A stretch of 64,000 bases of DNA. Source: Guillardia theta CCMP2712. Its lineage: Eukaryota > Protista > Cryptophyta. Shown here one piece after another: positions 34,778 to 46,500 of the stretch. Under the pieces are notes generated by a model. The model had not been told where the DNA came from. It searched no databases and saw only the letters and a program-made list of their open reading frames with translations. Positions within the stretch are counted from its first letter, which is position 1, and every line of letters starts with the position of its first letter. The stretch is taken from contig NW_005434582.1 of assembly GCF_000315625.1 (NCBI RefSeq), positions 170,152 through 234,151 on the forward strand, read 5' to 3'. The position numbers were made by a program, and so were the translations under genes.

Positions 34778-36859
34778 ATGCGCTCCTATCGTAAAGGAAG
34801 GCCCAGGACAGTTTGCAAGCGAATGCTCCGTCCTTCAAACCAGCATGCACAACTATGAGAGGGTTTGGCCATGGAAAGCAATTGATGCGCTGGAGATCAT
34901 GAGCAATCACTATCTCATTCACACAATCATGCGTGGGTTGCAGGTTCGGCATGGGAAAAGGAGGAGGTTACGAAGTCACGATCACAGGCATCAACAGGAT
35001 GGAGAAGGTGGAGTTGACTTGCTGCATGCTGATTGACCTTTCATCACTCCTCTGCATTCTTAGGCTAGGTCAGCAAGGCCTACGGACCTGCGGGCAACCC
35101 TATCGTCTACCCCTCACGTCAAGGATCTGAGATCCATGCTGTCCAATCGCTCCAATCAGCCACCGGTAGCCTGTGCTTCTCTACGATGCCATGGTGACCC
35201 TCTTCCTCCAGCAGGCGCAGCCAGCTGCTGACCAGAGCCAGGTGATCTGAACACGTCTCCTCCCCTGGATGCTAGTTAAGGGCATGACGGGGCGGTGCTG
35301 CAGCAAACGAAGCAGCTGTTCTCTCGGAAGAGGAGGAATGAGGAGCTGCAGGCGAACGAGGCTCCTCCTCCCACGGTCTCTCTCGGTCTTGACGGCTTCA
35401 GGAGGGAGCGCTGACTCGGCGTTGCAGCCTCAGGCCAACCCAGTGGAAGAACCCAAGGCAGATAGTCCGCTGACGCAGGCGAGGATGAAGATCAGAGATC
35501 TTAGACAGCAGGTCCGGTATCTCTCGCGTCTCTCACTTCGCTCACATTGTCGCTGTTTTGGCAGTTGGATGACTTGAAGCAACAGAGGGTTGCTGTGGAA
35601 GCCAAGGTAGAGAATGAAAACAGCGCACTGTCGTCTGTCTTTCAAAGTGTTCGCAATCCATGTGATGTGAGGGCTGCATGTAGTTAGCAGGACTCAAGAA
35701 GAGCGAAATGCATGCCGAGACGAAAGCCACCTTGCTAAAGGAGATCTCTCAGGTTCGTCGAGACGGTTCTTTCGCTGTTCCTCTGTTTCTGAGGTACTGT
35801 CAGATGAAAGAAGAAATCAAGAAAGCGAGAAAGGTTTACATCAGGGAAGTCTCAATCACAAATGATTGGATCACCCAGGAATCGACAGATGTAGCTAACC
35901 AGAAGTCGGACTTAGAGACGGTTTTTTCCTATCTCCTCATCTCTCTTCCATGACTTTTGCCTCCATAGATGACTCAACAACTTCAAAGAGAAGTTGACAA
36001 ACGCTCTGATGAAAGTGTGCAAGATTGGTATGGTCCTATCTTACATCTCCTAAAATTATGTCGAAGGGGAGTCACTGATTGCGGATCTGCGCTCTGCCAA
36101 CGAGGAGAGGTGCGGATGGAGGAGGAAGAAAAAGCGGATTGTCAGAGAACGACTAACCCTGCGAGCAGGAAGCAACTCCATCGGATGCTCGAGCGCTATT
36201 ACGAGCACAGCAGCATCTCCCATGGACGAGACGTCTCCTCCTCTCGGGACGAGGTTGGGAGAGAACGTGTGCGCCTGCCGCGCTGACCAGATCCTTCAGG
36301 CCCAGAGCGTCACACGGTTGTACTCCTCCCCGAGGGAGTCGTCCAAAGATTTGCCGAGGGACTCGAGGGCCTCTTCTCGAGAGATCTCGAGAGATATCCC
36401 CAAGGATACATCTAGAGACATACAAAGGGATGGCTCCAGGAGGGATTCCTACAGAGAGATGCCGAGGGAGTTCCCTAGGGAGTCAACCAGAGACAGTCAG
36501 AGAGATATCCCGAGGGATACGTCTAGAGATATCCTGAGGGATACGTCTAGAGATATCCCGAGGGATACGGCTAGAGACATTGCAAGAGATCGGCCAAGGG
36601 AGTCAACGAGGGATATGGTGCTAGAGGTGTTGCGATCACAAGACAAGGAGTGACGTTTCCTGTTCAGCGCGACGAGCGAAAAGAAGATCGTCGTTCGACT
36701 TATGACGATGGGAGATCCCGCAAACGGTACACGCGATACCAAATGTTGTCCGCACTGCATCTGACGGAGATTGGACGCAGCGAGAGCTCTAGTCATGGTG
36801 GATACCGGAGGCAGGATCGCGGACGAGAGGATAGGGGCGAGTGGAGCGTTTTGCACTGA
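34778..36859 (+). CDS. Hypothetical multi-exon protein with a coiled coil and an Arg/Asp/Ser-rich tandem repeat tail
   Basis: Short exons (QARMKIRDLRQQ, MKEEIKKARKVYIREVSITNDWITQEST) and a repeat exon RDTSRDIP. The 5' structure is unresolved. Confidence 0.45.
36345..36620 (+). repeat. Coding 12/24-nt minisatellite encoding (R-D-T/S-S-R-D-I-P)-like units
   Basis: agagatatcccgagggatacgtct-like units in tandem. Confidence 0.75.
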
Positions 36860-37008
36860 AACGATGTGACAGCATAGGGACTCAGTCTATATCAGCTCGT
36901 GGCTGGGATGGTGGTGACAACATTGTCTACTAACAACAAAAATAACATGACACAACAACTATCTACAAATCTCTCCCTGTGCGGCACAGCCGCTCCATCC
37001 AGTTTCCC

Positions 37009-37776
37009 CTACCCACTTGTACCTTGCGTCCCAAAACTCCGACATTCTTTGCAGGTACCCGAGCTCTCGGCCCGCGTGCACATGCACTTGTTGCAGATCT
37101 TGTACGCTATCTTCATCATCTCCGTGTACTCCTCCAAGCTCAGCTCCCCGTCCCCGTCCGCATCGAACTCCTCCAAGATCTTCACCACCTGCGCACCGTC
37201 CTCGTCAACCCCCGTGACAAGGAGAGAGCATGGCGCAGCAGCGCTGCTCACCTCTTCTTCGGTGTATCCTCCGGGGAACACCATCGCCTGCATCAGGTCG
37301 TGAGCCGCCACGAGAAACATGGAGGAGGAGCGATTGCTCCTGGGAGAGGACTGCACCTCGATCAGAGCTTCCCGTGATATCGTCCTGCCCCCCCGCGAAT
37401 GCAACTCGAATAGCTGCTTGATCTCGTCGAGCTGCGACTTGAGCAGAACGACGCTGGGTGTGCTACGTGAGTCCTTGCTTTCACCCGCTTGCTCCCTTAG
37501 GAAGCTCTGAATGGCAGAGGGGCTTGCGCCAGGATACACGAACTGAAGCATCTCCTTGAAGTCTATTCTTCCATCGTTGTTTCTGTCCATGTTGTCGTGC
37601 GCTACCATTATGCCCATCATGCGGACGAAGACGGCAAACTCGCTCGAGTCTAGGGATCCGTTCTTGTCCGTGTCGAGCTCATCAAACAATTGCTTTACCT
37701 TGAGAAAATCCTTCCTGTTCAGTTTCAGGTGCTTCCTCTTGCTTGTGGTGGATGTTGAAGGAGATTTGGCCGACAT
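37009..37776 (-). CDS. Calmodulin-like EF-hand protein with a C-terminal Cys cluster (paralogue 1)
   Basis: EF loops DTDKNGSLDSSE, DRNNDGRIDFKE and DADGDGELSLEE. Two in-frame introns. Tail CNKCMCTRAESSGTCKEC. Confidence 0.85.
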   Translation of the reverse strand: MSAKSPSTSTTSKRKHLKLNRKDFLKVKQLFDELDTDKNGSLDSSEFAVFVRMMGIMVAHDNMDRNNDGRIDFKEMLQFVYPGASPSAIQSFLREQAGESKDSRSTPSVVLLKSQLDEIKQLFELHSRGGRTISREALIEVQSSPRSNRSSSMFLVAAHDLMQAMVFPGGYTEEEVSSAAAPCSLLVTGVDEDGAQVVKILEEFDADGDGELSLEEYTEMMKIAYKICNKCMCTRAESSGTCKECRSFGTQGTSG

Positions 37777-38119
37777 GCTATCTGAGAGGACGGAGGAACG
37801 AAGTGATAACGATGAAGCTAACTAGTTGAGAGTATGAGAGAAAGCCTGAGAAAGCATGGTCAGCGATCTGTGAAAAAGTTTTGTTGATGTCCTCATAGAG
37901 AGAGAGAGGAAAAAAGAATGTACTGAGAAGCCTCTTTGACTGGGCATAACCGTCTAACTGCATAACCGTCTAAATGCTCTACCATTCACCCCGAGACTCA
38001 TTGCCGAGGGTCTGCTCTAGCTGAATCCCTCCCGTCCTTCTCTTGCCGCATCCTTCTCTTGCCGCATCCTCCCCCAACAACTTGCAGTTTTATCTCACTT
38101 TTGGAGGTGAACTGACGAT

Positions 38120-39300
38120 AAATAAGTGATACCCCGAGTACGGACCCCAAATTGAGGGTGGGGTACATCACCCCCACCCCCTAATGAGACCATGAAGTAC
38201 CTCAGAGATTGACCGGAACTCCTCGAGTTGGGGCTGATAGGGGTGGTCGCAAAGTCAACATCCTGGGTGGCATTTCCGAGCATGGGGGTGGGGTGGGTGG
38301 GGTAGAAAACGTACCAGGTACCCCTTCCGGTCCCGGTCCTTGTGACCTCTCTCTACCCTCCTTTCCTACTCAAAGTCTAGGGTAGGGTAGCGGGAAATCC
38401 TTCCTCTGAGGTAGGTAGGGGTACTCAGACAGAGAACTTTTAAAAATGTAACTTTCAGAGGGCCCCCGGTATGTTGGGGGGGGTTGGGGTGGTACTCGGA
38501 ATTTCCTTACGGTGACACCAGGGGTACACTACAACAGGTGACAGTGGTGAAATAGGGGTAGGGGTAGGGGGTACCAGGGGTCGCACATGTAAGTTAAGTT
38601 GGATCGACACGTTGATCCAATTTTTGGCCTCACTGCCTGCGCTCAGACGCGGTTCCGATTCCGTGGGTGATGAGAGTGCCAGGTGGGGTGGGATGATTGT
38701 AGTATGAGGTATGGGTGGGGTAGTGATGTGACGGTGTGTGGGGTAGTGGTCCTTGATGCGCGGCCTGCTGTAGGTGGTACTGGCCCGGATGACCGTCATG
38801 ACAGTCAGTCATCCCCGTCCAGCCCTTTGAATTGAGGGGGTGGGGTACTACCCCCATAGTTGAAGAATAATTGTTGGTTCTCTGCACCCCTCCTACCCGG
38901 CGTCTCTCCATGTGTCAATTGAGTCGGGTACGGTGGGTGGGCTGTGCGGTGAGGACGGAGGGGTGGGTAGTCTTAGCAGGCCGAAAGTGGACAAGAAAAA
39001 GGTTCGCTGTGACTTTTTATATTTGTCAGAGGTACTAGTGGAAAGGACGGGTGTGTATGAAGGGGGTAGTGCAAAGGAGGGGTACAGGAGAAGCCATCTG
39101 ACGTGTGATGGGTGTAGCTGCAAAAAACAAGCCTTGTGATGGCTTCAAAAGAAGGTGAGGCTTGTCGAGGGTAGTTACGAATATCGAAACAGAGGTGGAA
39201 CAGGGGTGGGTTCACCGTCATGGCAGGTCCTGCGGAGAGGATAGGAGGGGTATTTTTAGTTGAGTCCTCTTTGATCCCCACTCTGATGACTAGATAAATC
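38120..39300. promoter_or_regulatory. Type A TACCC/GGGTA block upstream of EF-hand paralogue 1
   Basis: Dense GGGTA/GGGGT/GTAC words and no credible ORF. Confidence 0.4.
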
Positions 39301-39319
39301 GCTATTCCCGGCATTATTA

Positions 39320-40115
39320 TATTTACTCAATGTTGAGTAAATCAATCGAGCGTGCTTCCTACCATGTTTTACTCAACTTTGGTTAAATTCGTGATTGTGA
39401 CTTGCACAAAACTGCGGCCAGGGGTTCAGTGACTTCCGGAAGTCATATCTTTAGTCAACTTTGAGTAAAGTTTCCTCAGTTCAGTTCCCGAGTCAACTTG
39501 AAGAACTTCGGAAGTTTTCACTCAACTTGGCAAAGTTGAAAGTCACTGAGTGCCAGTGACCGGGACGAGTCACCAAGTTCGCCGTCACGCCGATATTGAA
39601 TCATCGGATCGCCAGTAGGAGTCCGATCCGATGATCAGAGCCACGTCGGGGGCCGCTGCCAGCGGCCGGCCGCGCCGGCGCCGGCCTGCAGTGCCAGGCT
39701 GGCCCGGCGGCTCTCAGTCACGGTGGGGCGGCGGCGCCGCGGGCGAGTCTGCCCGGCCATCCGGCCGAGCCGCCGCGATGATCCGACCGGCGGCCTCGTA
39801 CTACACTAACTTGTAACTTAGTAAGTCGAACGGCGATGATCGGATCACATGGCCCGGCGCAGTGCTGCCGCGTGATCCGGGACCGAGTCCGGCGGCACTG
39901 GGCAGCCTGCCAGGCCTTCGGCGCCGCGCGGCCGCCGCGCCCGGCCGCGGCAGCCGCTCAGTAGTACGGTACCGTACTCCGTACTGCCCCCCGTGCCGCC
40001 GCCGGCCGGCACTGTGGCACACGCCGACGGCGGCGGTCACCGGGTGTGCGGCCGGCGCGGCCCGGCCCGGCAACGCGGCAATTTGTGATGCTAGTAACAT
40101 TATTCATGACTCAGT
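39320..40115. promoter_or_regulatory. GC-rich type B motif block with several perfect palindromes
   Basis: ATTTACTCAA-TG-TTGAGTAAAT at 39321-39342, TGACTTCCGGAAGTCA at 39430-39445, ATCCGATGATCA at 39626-39637, AGTACGGTACCGTACT at 39963-39978. Confidence 0.45.
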
Positions 40116-40264
40116 GGCAAAAATAACAGTATTCAGATCTTACTATGATAACATGAAACAGACAATTAATATACAATTCCGTGGCTCCGAACCTTGAACT
40201 CTCCATCGTGTACACGACCTCAGCCTGTGCGCTACTGCAGTGCCTCACTGAGGCTTTGAGTTCC

Positions 40265-41055
40265 TCACAGTCCGTTAGTTCCAATTTTCTGCCGTTGACA
40301 GTCCGGGCAATGACCAATGCTAAGTGACCTCGTGCACATGCACTTGTTGCAGATCTTGTACGCTATCTTCATCATCTCCGTGTACTCCTCCAAGCTCAGC
40401 TCCCCGTCCCCGTCCGCATCGAACTCCTCCAAGATCTTCACCACCTGCGCACCGTCCTCGTCAACCCCCGTGACAAGCAGAGAGCATGGCGCAGCAGCGC
40501 TGCTCACCTCTTCTTCGGTGTATCCTCCGGGGAACACCATCGCCTGCATCAGGTCGTGAGCCGCCACGAGGCACGCTGAGGAGGAGCTAGCTGCGAGGAC
40601 CGCACCTTGATCAGTCCCTTCCGCGTGATGGTCCTCTCGCCGCGCGCGTGAAACTCAAAGAGCTGTTTGATCTCGTCGAGCTGCGATTGAAGAAGACTAT
40701 CGCTGGACGAACTGTCCTGGTCTTTGTCGTCAGCTTCGTGCTCCCGGCAGATGCTCTGAATGGCCGAGGGGCTTGCATCAGGATATACGAACTGAAGCAT
40801 CTCCTTGAAGTCGATGACGCCGTCGTGATTCTTATCAATGCTCTCATGGGATACCATGATGCCCATCTTGCGGATGAAGACAGCAAACTCGCCCGAGTCT
40901 AGGGATCCGTTCTTGTCCGTGTCGAGCTCATCAAACATATTCTTCAGCTTGAGGAAGTCTCTCCTGCATAGCTTCGGTTGCTTGAGACTCTTCATGCTCT
41001 TCATGCTCTTCATGCTCTTCATGCTGGGTTGTGTAGGAACAAATTTGACCGACAT
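40265..41055 (-). CDS. Calmodulin-like EF-hand protein with a C-terminal Cys cluster (paralogue 2)
   Basis: EF loops DTDKNGSLDSGE, DKNHDGVIDFKE and DADGDGELSLEE. N-terminal (SMK)n repeat. Tail CNKCMCTRSLSIGHCPDC. Confidence 0.85.
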
Positions 41056-41429
41056 GCTGTTGTGAGGGCGGAGAAAGGAGATAAAGTCGATGAAGCTAAA
41101 TTAGCTACGAGTATTTGTAGATTGACAACAATCCTGAGAAAGGCTGGTCAGCCATGCGCAGAACGATGATATTGCAAACATTCATTCATCACGCATAAAA
41201 GGCTATCTTTGCGTTTCCTCTCTACCAGTCTCTTTCTTAACATCGCTCTCCTTCACTCGCTCCTTTCCTTTCAGTTTCTTTCTCTCTCGGGATCATTTCC
41301 TTTGTGATGCTCTGCTGCCTGCCTGCCTGCCTGCCTGCCTCCTTCACTCCTTCCCTGCCTCTGGTATCTTCCTCACTGTGCCTCCTCGTCTCTCTTCGCT
41401 CCCTTCCTCTTGCTCGTCATCGGATTGCT

Positions 41430-42110
41430 ACCTGCCCCCTTTATGCCCCCGATCCTTGCCCCTGAACTTGAAGGGGGCGAGTAACCTTCCGAGCCATCCT
41501 CTACCCCCCCTTGACCCACATTCTACACAATAGGGGGTGGGGTCAGAAAGTTCTCTTTGACCAGCAGGGAGCGCCCGGTACCTTTTCGGTGTGGTGAGAC
41601 AGGGGTAGGGGTCCAACATCAGTGATCACTGGGGTACAATTTGGGGAGGCTGCAGGGGTGGGTGGGGTACTGCGCTATTTTCGACCAATGTCCCGCGGAA
41701 GGGCCTCGTCCGGTGAGGCTGCAAGCTCTGCGATGGCATTACGGCAAATCGACTACACAAGGGCTCCGCCCTCAGAGATTGGAGAGCACTTAGAAGATCG
41801 GACACCATGGGGGACATAGTTGGTTATCTGTGTGCCGCTGTGCAGCCCTGCCAGACTGGCGATGCCACGGCGTGTAGTAACAGTGAAGATATACAAGTAC
41901 GGCGACACCGGGTGGGGTGGTAGGGCCCTGCCAGTTATCAATCTGACTGGGACCACTCAGTGACTGCCGGGTCAGGGGGGTGGGTGGGTGGGCATGATGA
42001 CTGATAGTAGGGGTAAAGCGACCGGCTGTTTTAAAAGTCGGGTTTTAAAGGAGCGACTGGCAAGTGAAGGAGGCGGTTAAAACTCTCCGAGGTCACGTTT
42101 AGGGGGGTTT
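41430..42110. promoter_or_regulatory. Type A block upstream of EF-hand paralogue 2
   Basis: GGGTA/GGGTGG/TACC-rich composition. Confidence 0.35.
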
Positions 42111-42540
42111 AGCGCTGGTTTAGTTAGGTTTAGTCGGCCTCGGACCTGCACGGTCCGTCAGTTCCGTCTCTCCGTAGTCTACGGTACAAACGTATTGGCA
42201 CGGCACGGTACCACGGTATCCCGGAGCCTCCGTCCAAGTTGAAAAGTTATTTTTTGACGTGACGGCCAGGCTGGCAGGCCGGGCCGGGGCCGGGCCGCCG
42301 GGCTCCGAGTCAGTGCCAACACGCCGCCGCAGCCGGGGGAACTTGGCCCCGGCGGTGCCGGCTGCCGCAGTGCCCGGGCCCGGCCCAGCGGGCTGCCGCT
42401 CAGCTCAGTGCCGCCACCGCTCAGTGCCAGCGGAGCCTGGCCCGGGCTCAGCCTGCCCAGGCCGCCGCCCTGACTCAGTGAGCTGCGGCGGCGGCGCGGC
42501 CCAAAAAACAAATGGGCCCCGGACCCGGCCGGCCGGTGTG
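42110..42540. promoter_or_regulatory. GC-rich type B motif block
   Basis: ACGGTAC words, TGACTCAGTG, and CCCGGGCCCGG-type words. Confidence 0.4.
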
Positions 42541-42589
42541 GTGATCTGAGGCGGGGTGGTGACCCTTCGCACAAGAGCCAACAATCGCC

Positions 42590-43271
42590 ATGGTGAGTCG
42601 TGTGAGCAGGAGAGCAGGAGAGCAGAGTGTGCGAGGGGAAGGTTATCCAGTACCAACATAGTTGGGTTGTCCTCACAGTGATGATCGTTGGATTGAATGC
42701 CGTGATGACGGTGGAGATGAATATGATCTTTATGGAACAATGAACGATGAGAAAACAATCAACGATGGTGGCGGCGGCGGTGGTGGTGGTGGTGATATAT
42801 GATGCTGGAAAGTTAAGCTGTGGTGCTCATGATGGTTGTCTATCCGGCACACTGTGCGTTTGCATGTGTTGAAAATCAACAGTCAGTTCCGAGCGGTGTG
42901 ATGTAACAAGCTCCTATGTTTCTCCCTGATGTTTCTGTTCAATCTCAGCAACCGTTCCTGTCCTCGGCTCGTGTCCTCCCCCTGCGTGTGCTCGTTTACC
43001 ATCACCGCATCTTCCCCCAGATCACGACTCGCATCACCTGCCTCCTCCTCCTTGTCACAGCCATTGCCTACCTGTAGCTGACTTGGCTCGGCAGCTTCAG
43101 AGTCTGTGGGAGCACAAGAAGTCGCCGTCCCTGTTGGACCCCAAGACACACACCTACATGCTCGCTAAGTGGGCCGACAACTCCGGCAACTCTGAGGGTG
43201 ACATGGGAACCAACGTGGTGTGGATGATGCCGCAGCTGTGGAATGTCGACGGCAAGAAGGCTCACCACTAA
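42590..43271 (+). CDS. Small hypothetical protein (~72 aa) whose first coding exon is only ATG
   Basis: gccATG|GTGAGT at 42590. Inferred exons 42949-42970 and 43078-43271 give MQPFLSSAPDLARQLQSLWEHKK...DGKKAHH*. The last exon has strongly biased (C/G-ending) codons. Confidence 0.45.
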
Positions 43272-43529
43272 AGAAGGCAATGAAGGCAGCTGAGTGTTGT
43301 TGATATTCTTGAATTCTTTCATGAGGAAGCGAGGAGGAGGAGGAGGATGTGGTGGTGGTGGTGGAGGAAGGGTTGTTTCCACTCTGTAAAGATCTTTCTC
43401 TGGACAACTTATCAAACACGAGCTACTGTACATGCACGAGCGGAGGTGGAGGTCAAACGTAGACCTCCTGCTTCCTGCATGATGGGAGTTGCTTCCAATC
43501 CTTCACATGCGCTATGTCTTCCTCCTCTT

Positions 43530-46500
43530 TCACATGTCGCTGAAGTAGACCTCGAGAGAGGAGGCGAGCCGGCCGTCTGCAGCAGAGAGCTGCGCCATGA
43601 TCTGTCCTCCCTTCAGTCCCTCCTCCCTCCCTCCCTCCTCCCTCCCTCCCTCCCCCCTTTCCCCATCTCTCCCTCCAACTCCCGCTTCCTCTTCCGAACA
43701 CCCACCTGTCGGAGGGTCGACTGTCGCTCCATGGCCCGGCTGAGACCCTCGTCGACCTCAGCAGCATCTTTGGGTTCGTACTTGCCCTGGACCCTCTGTC
43801 AGAGACAGCGAAAGGAGGGACGTGAAGCACAGAGAAGGAGAGGAGGAGAGGACAGGATGAATAAGAGGAAGCTGGAGAGGGGAGAGGAGCAGAGCAAAGG
43901 AGGAGTGGAGGAGAAAAGGGGAAGGAGGAGGGGAGCAGGAGAGCAGGAGAGGAGAAGAGCAGGAGAGGAGGAGAGGAGGAGAGGAGGAGGAGGGAGCGAC
44001 GGATTGAGGGAGATGGGAAAGAGGAAGGGAAGGTGCAAAGGACACTGGAGGGTGATGGGGGAGAAGTTGGGTACCTGATCAAGAGCTTGGTACCTCTTCA
44101 CCATCTTGTGAAGAGAATAAATCTGCGGAAATGACTAAGACGAACGACGAGGGTGGGTGAGGATACGTTGTGATGTGAACAAGATCAGGGAGGAAGGAGA
44201 ATGAGGGAGTCACTGGAGAGGCGAGAAATGGAGAGGAAGGAGGGAGGAGGGAACAAGAAGGGAGGAGGGAGGAGGGAGGAGGAGGAGGATTTGTCAGGCC
44301 TTCTCCTCACCTCTTGCTTCAGCATCTCTTTTTGCTTGTCCATGCTGTGCATCTGACCCAACATTTCGTCTTCCTCCCTCTGGAGCTCGCGAACTAGCAG
44401 CAAGAGCCAGTCAGAGGCGAGGAACAGTGGAAGTAAGAGAAGAGGGAAGGAGGGAGGGGAGGGGANNNNNNNNNNNNNNNNNNNNNNNNNNNNNNNNNNN
44501 NNNNNNNNNNNNNNNNNNNNNNNNNNNNNNNNNNNNNNNNNNNNNNNNNNNNNNNNNNNNNNNNNAAGGAATATTGTTAGCAGGGAATAAGGATGGGGTG
44601 AGAAGGGCGAAGGAAGCGAACGGGAGAAGGATGGGATGGGAGGCATGGGAGAAGGGAGAAGGGGAGGGAGAAGGGGAGGGAGGGAGAAGGGGAGGGACCT
44701 GGGCCTCGAACTTGGACTTGAGGTTCTCAAACTTCCTGTTGAGGGAGTCGAGGTCGCGCATCTTCTTCTCTATGTCGTCGTTCCTCCTCCTTATCTCCAC
44801 CTCGTACTTGGCAACCAGCTGCTCCTTTCTCTTCAGCTCCTCGTCGATCTCCTTGATCGTCGACTTGAGCTGGTCGTTGTGCGCCATCGTGTTCAGCGCG
44901 TCGACCCTGATCCTTGCGAGCTCGTTCCTCACTTGCGCCGCCTCGTTCTCCTTGGCATGCATCTGCGCCTGCATCCCCTGCGTCTGCTTGTCGATGCTCT
45001 GCGCGGCCTTCTGCAGGGTCGTCTGCTCCGCGATGGACTGGAGGATCCCTTGCTCGATCTTCTGCGTCTCATTGGACGTGCTGGCGATCATCTTGTCCAT
45101 CTTGGCGATCTCCTCCGTGACGACCTTCTTCTCGCTCTCAACCTGTGCAAGCTCTCCTTCCGACTGCTCCAGAGACTTCTGAAGGATGCTGAACTGCTCC
45201 TGCAGCCTGTTCCTCTCTGCCACCACTTGCTCCACCTGCCTCTCCAGGAAGGCCGCGCTGTTGCGGATCTTGTTGAGGATGGAGGAGAGGTATTCGTTGC
45301 GATCCTGCTCCTTCTTGATCGACTGCTTGAAGGAGCTGATCTCTCCCACGACCGCCATCTCCTGCTGCTGCACTTCCTTCAGAACCTTCTCCGCTCCTTG
45401 CAGGTGCTCGTCCCTCCTCTGGACGGCGAGCAGCGAGCTCTTCCACTGCTGGATCAGCTGCTTCTTCTCGAAGCGGATCTTCTCCATCTCATCATTCGCC
45501 TCTCCCAGCACCCTCTTCGCTGCCTCCGTCTCCTCCTTCTGCGCCGCAAGCTGGGAGGAGAACATCTGCAGCTTGTCCTCCAGCACCTTTGTGCTCTTCA
45601 TCAGGTCGTCGATCAGCAGGTCTTGATGCTTCTTCTCCTGCTCCAAGTTCGACACCTGCTCCTCCGCCTTGTACGTCGCTCGGCGCGTGATGGCAATCTC
45701 GCTCTTCATCTGCTGGTTGTACTGCTCCACCTGCTGAAGCGTCGCGTTGAGCTTGTCCAACTCGATCTGGAACTTGTTCATCCTCTTCGTCTGGTCTGCG
45801 ATCTCCGCCTGCTTCTTGTCATAGTCCTTGCTGATTGTCTTCGCCTGATCTTCCGCCTGCTCCCGCACCCGCCGCACGTTGTTGAAGCTCTCGTGCGCCT
45901 TCTCCAGCATGATCTGCATCCGCGCAAGCTGCTGCTGCACCCCGTACAGCTCCACACCGACGTCCTCCTTCTGCCTCACTAGCCGCCTCAGCTCTTCGTC
46001 CTTCTCTCGCAGGTCCTCGGTCACTTTCCTCTGCTGATCTTCCAGCTGCTTTGTGAGGGCAGCACGGATCCTTGCGAACAGGGGGTTCGATGGATCCAGC
46101 TCCTCCTCCTCCCCTTCATCATATCCCGCTTCCTCCCTCCCACCGTCCTCGTCCTCGTCCTCGCCCTCGTCAAACTCTTGTCCCTCCTGAGACAGCAAGG
46201 GCTCCCCTCCTTCATCTCCCTCCTCTCCCTCGTCTCGAATCTCGCCCTCACCCTCGTCAAGCGGGTCGATGCCTTCCGGGTCCTCGTCGAAGTCTGCCCC
46301 GTCCACCGGCTCATCGGCAACCTCGCCATCGCCCTCGAGATCCTCCTCGTTGAAACCTGCTCACACGGCATGAGCAAGAGCCCCACGGCAGCAGACGGTC
46401 AAAAGTTCAGGTGACAATCATCGAACAATTCTCATCGAGCTGCTCTCATCGAACAACTTTCATCATGCCATTCATCACACGTGGGATCAGATACACGAGA

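Noticed and set aside
44636-45982. Long antisense ORFs opposite CCDC40, the CFA fusion and the kinase
   Set aside because: Shadow frames produced by strong codon bias on the coding strand.
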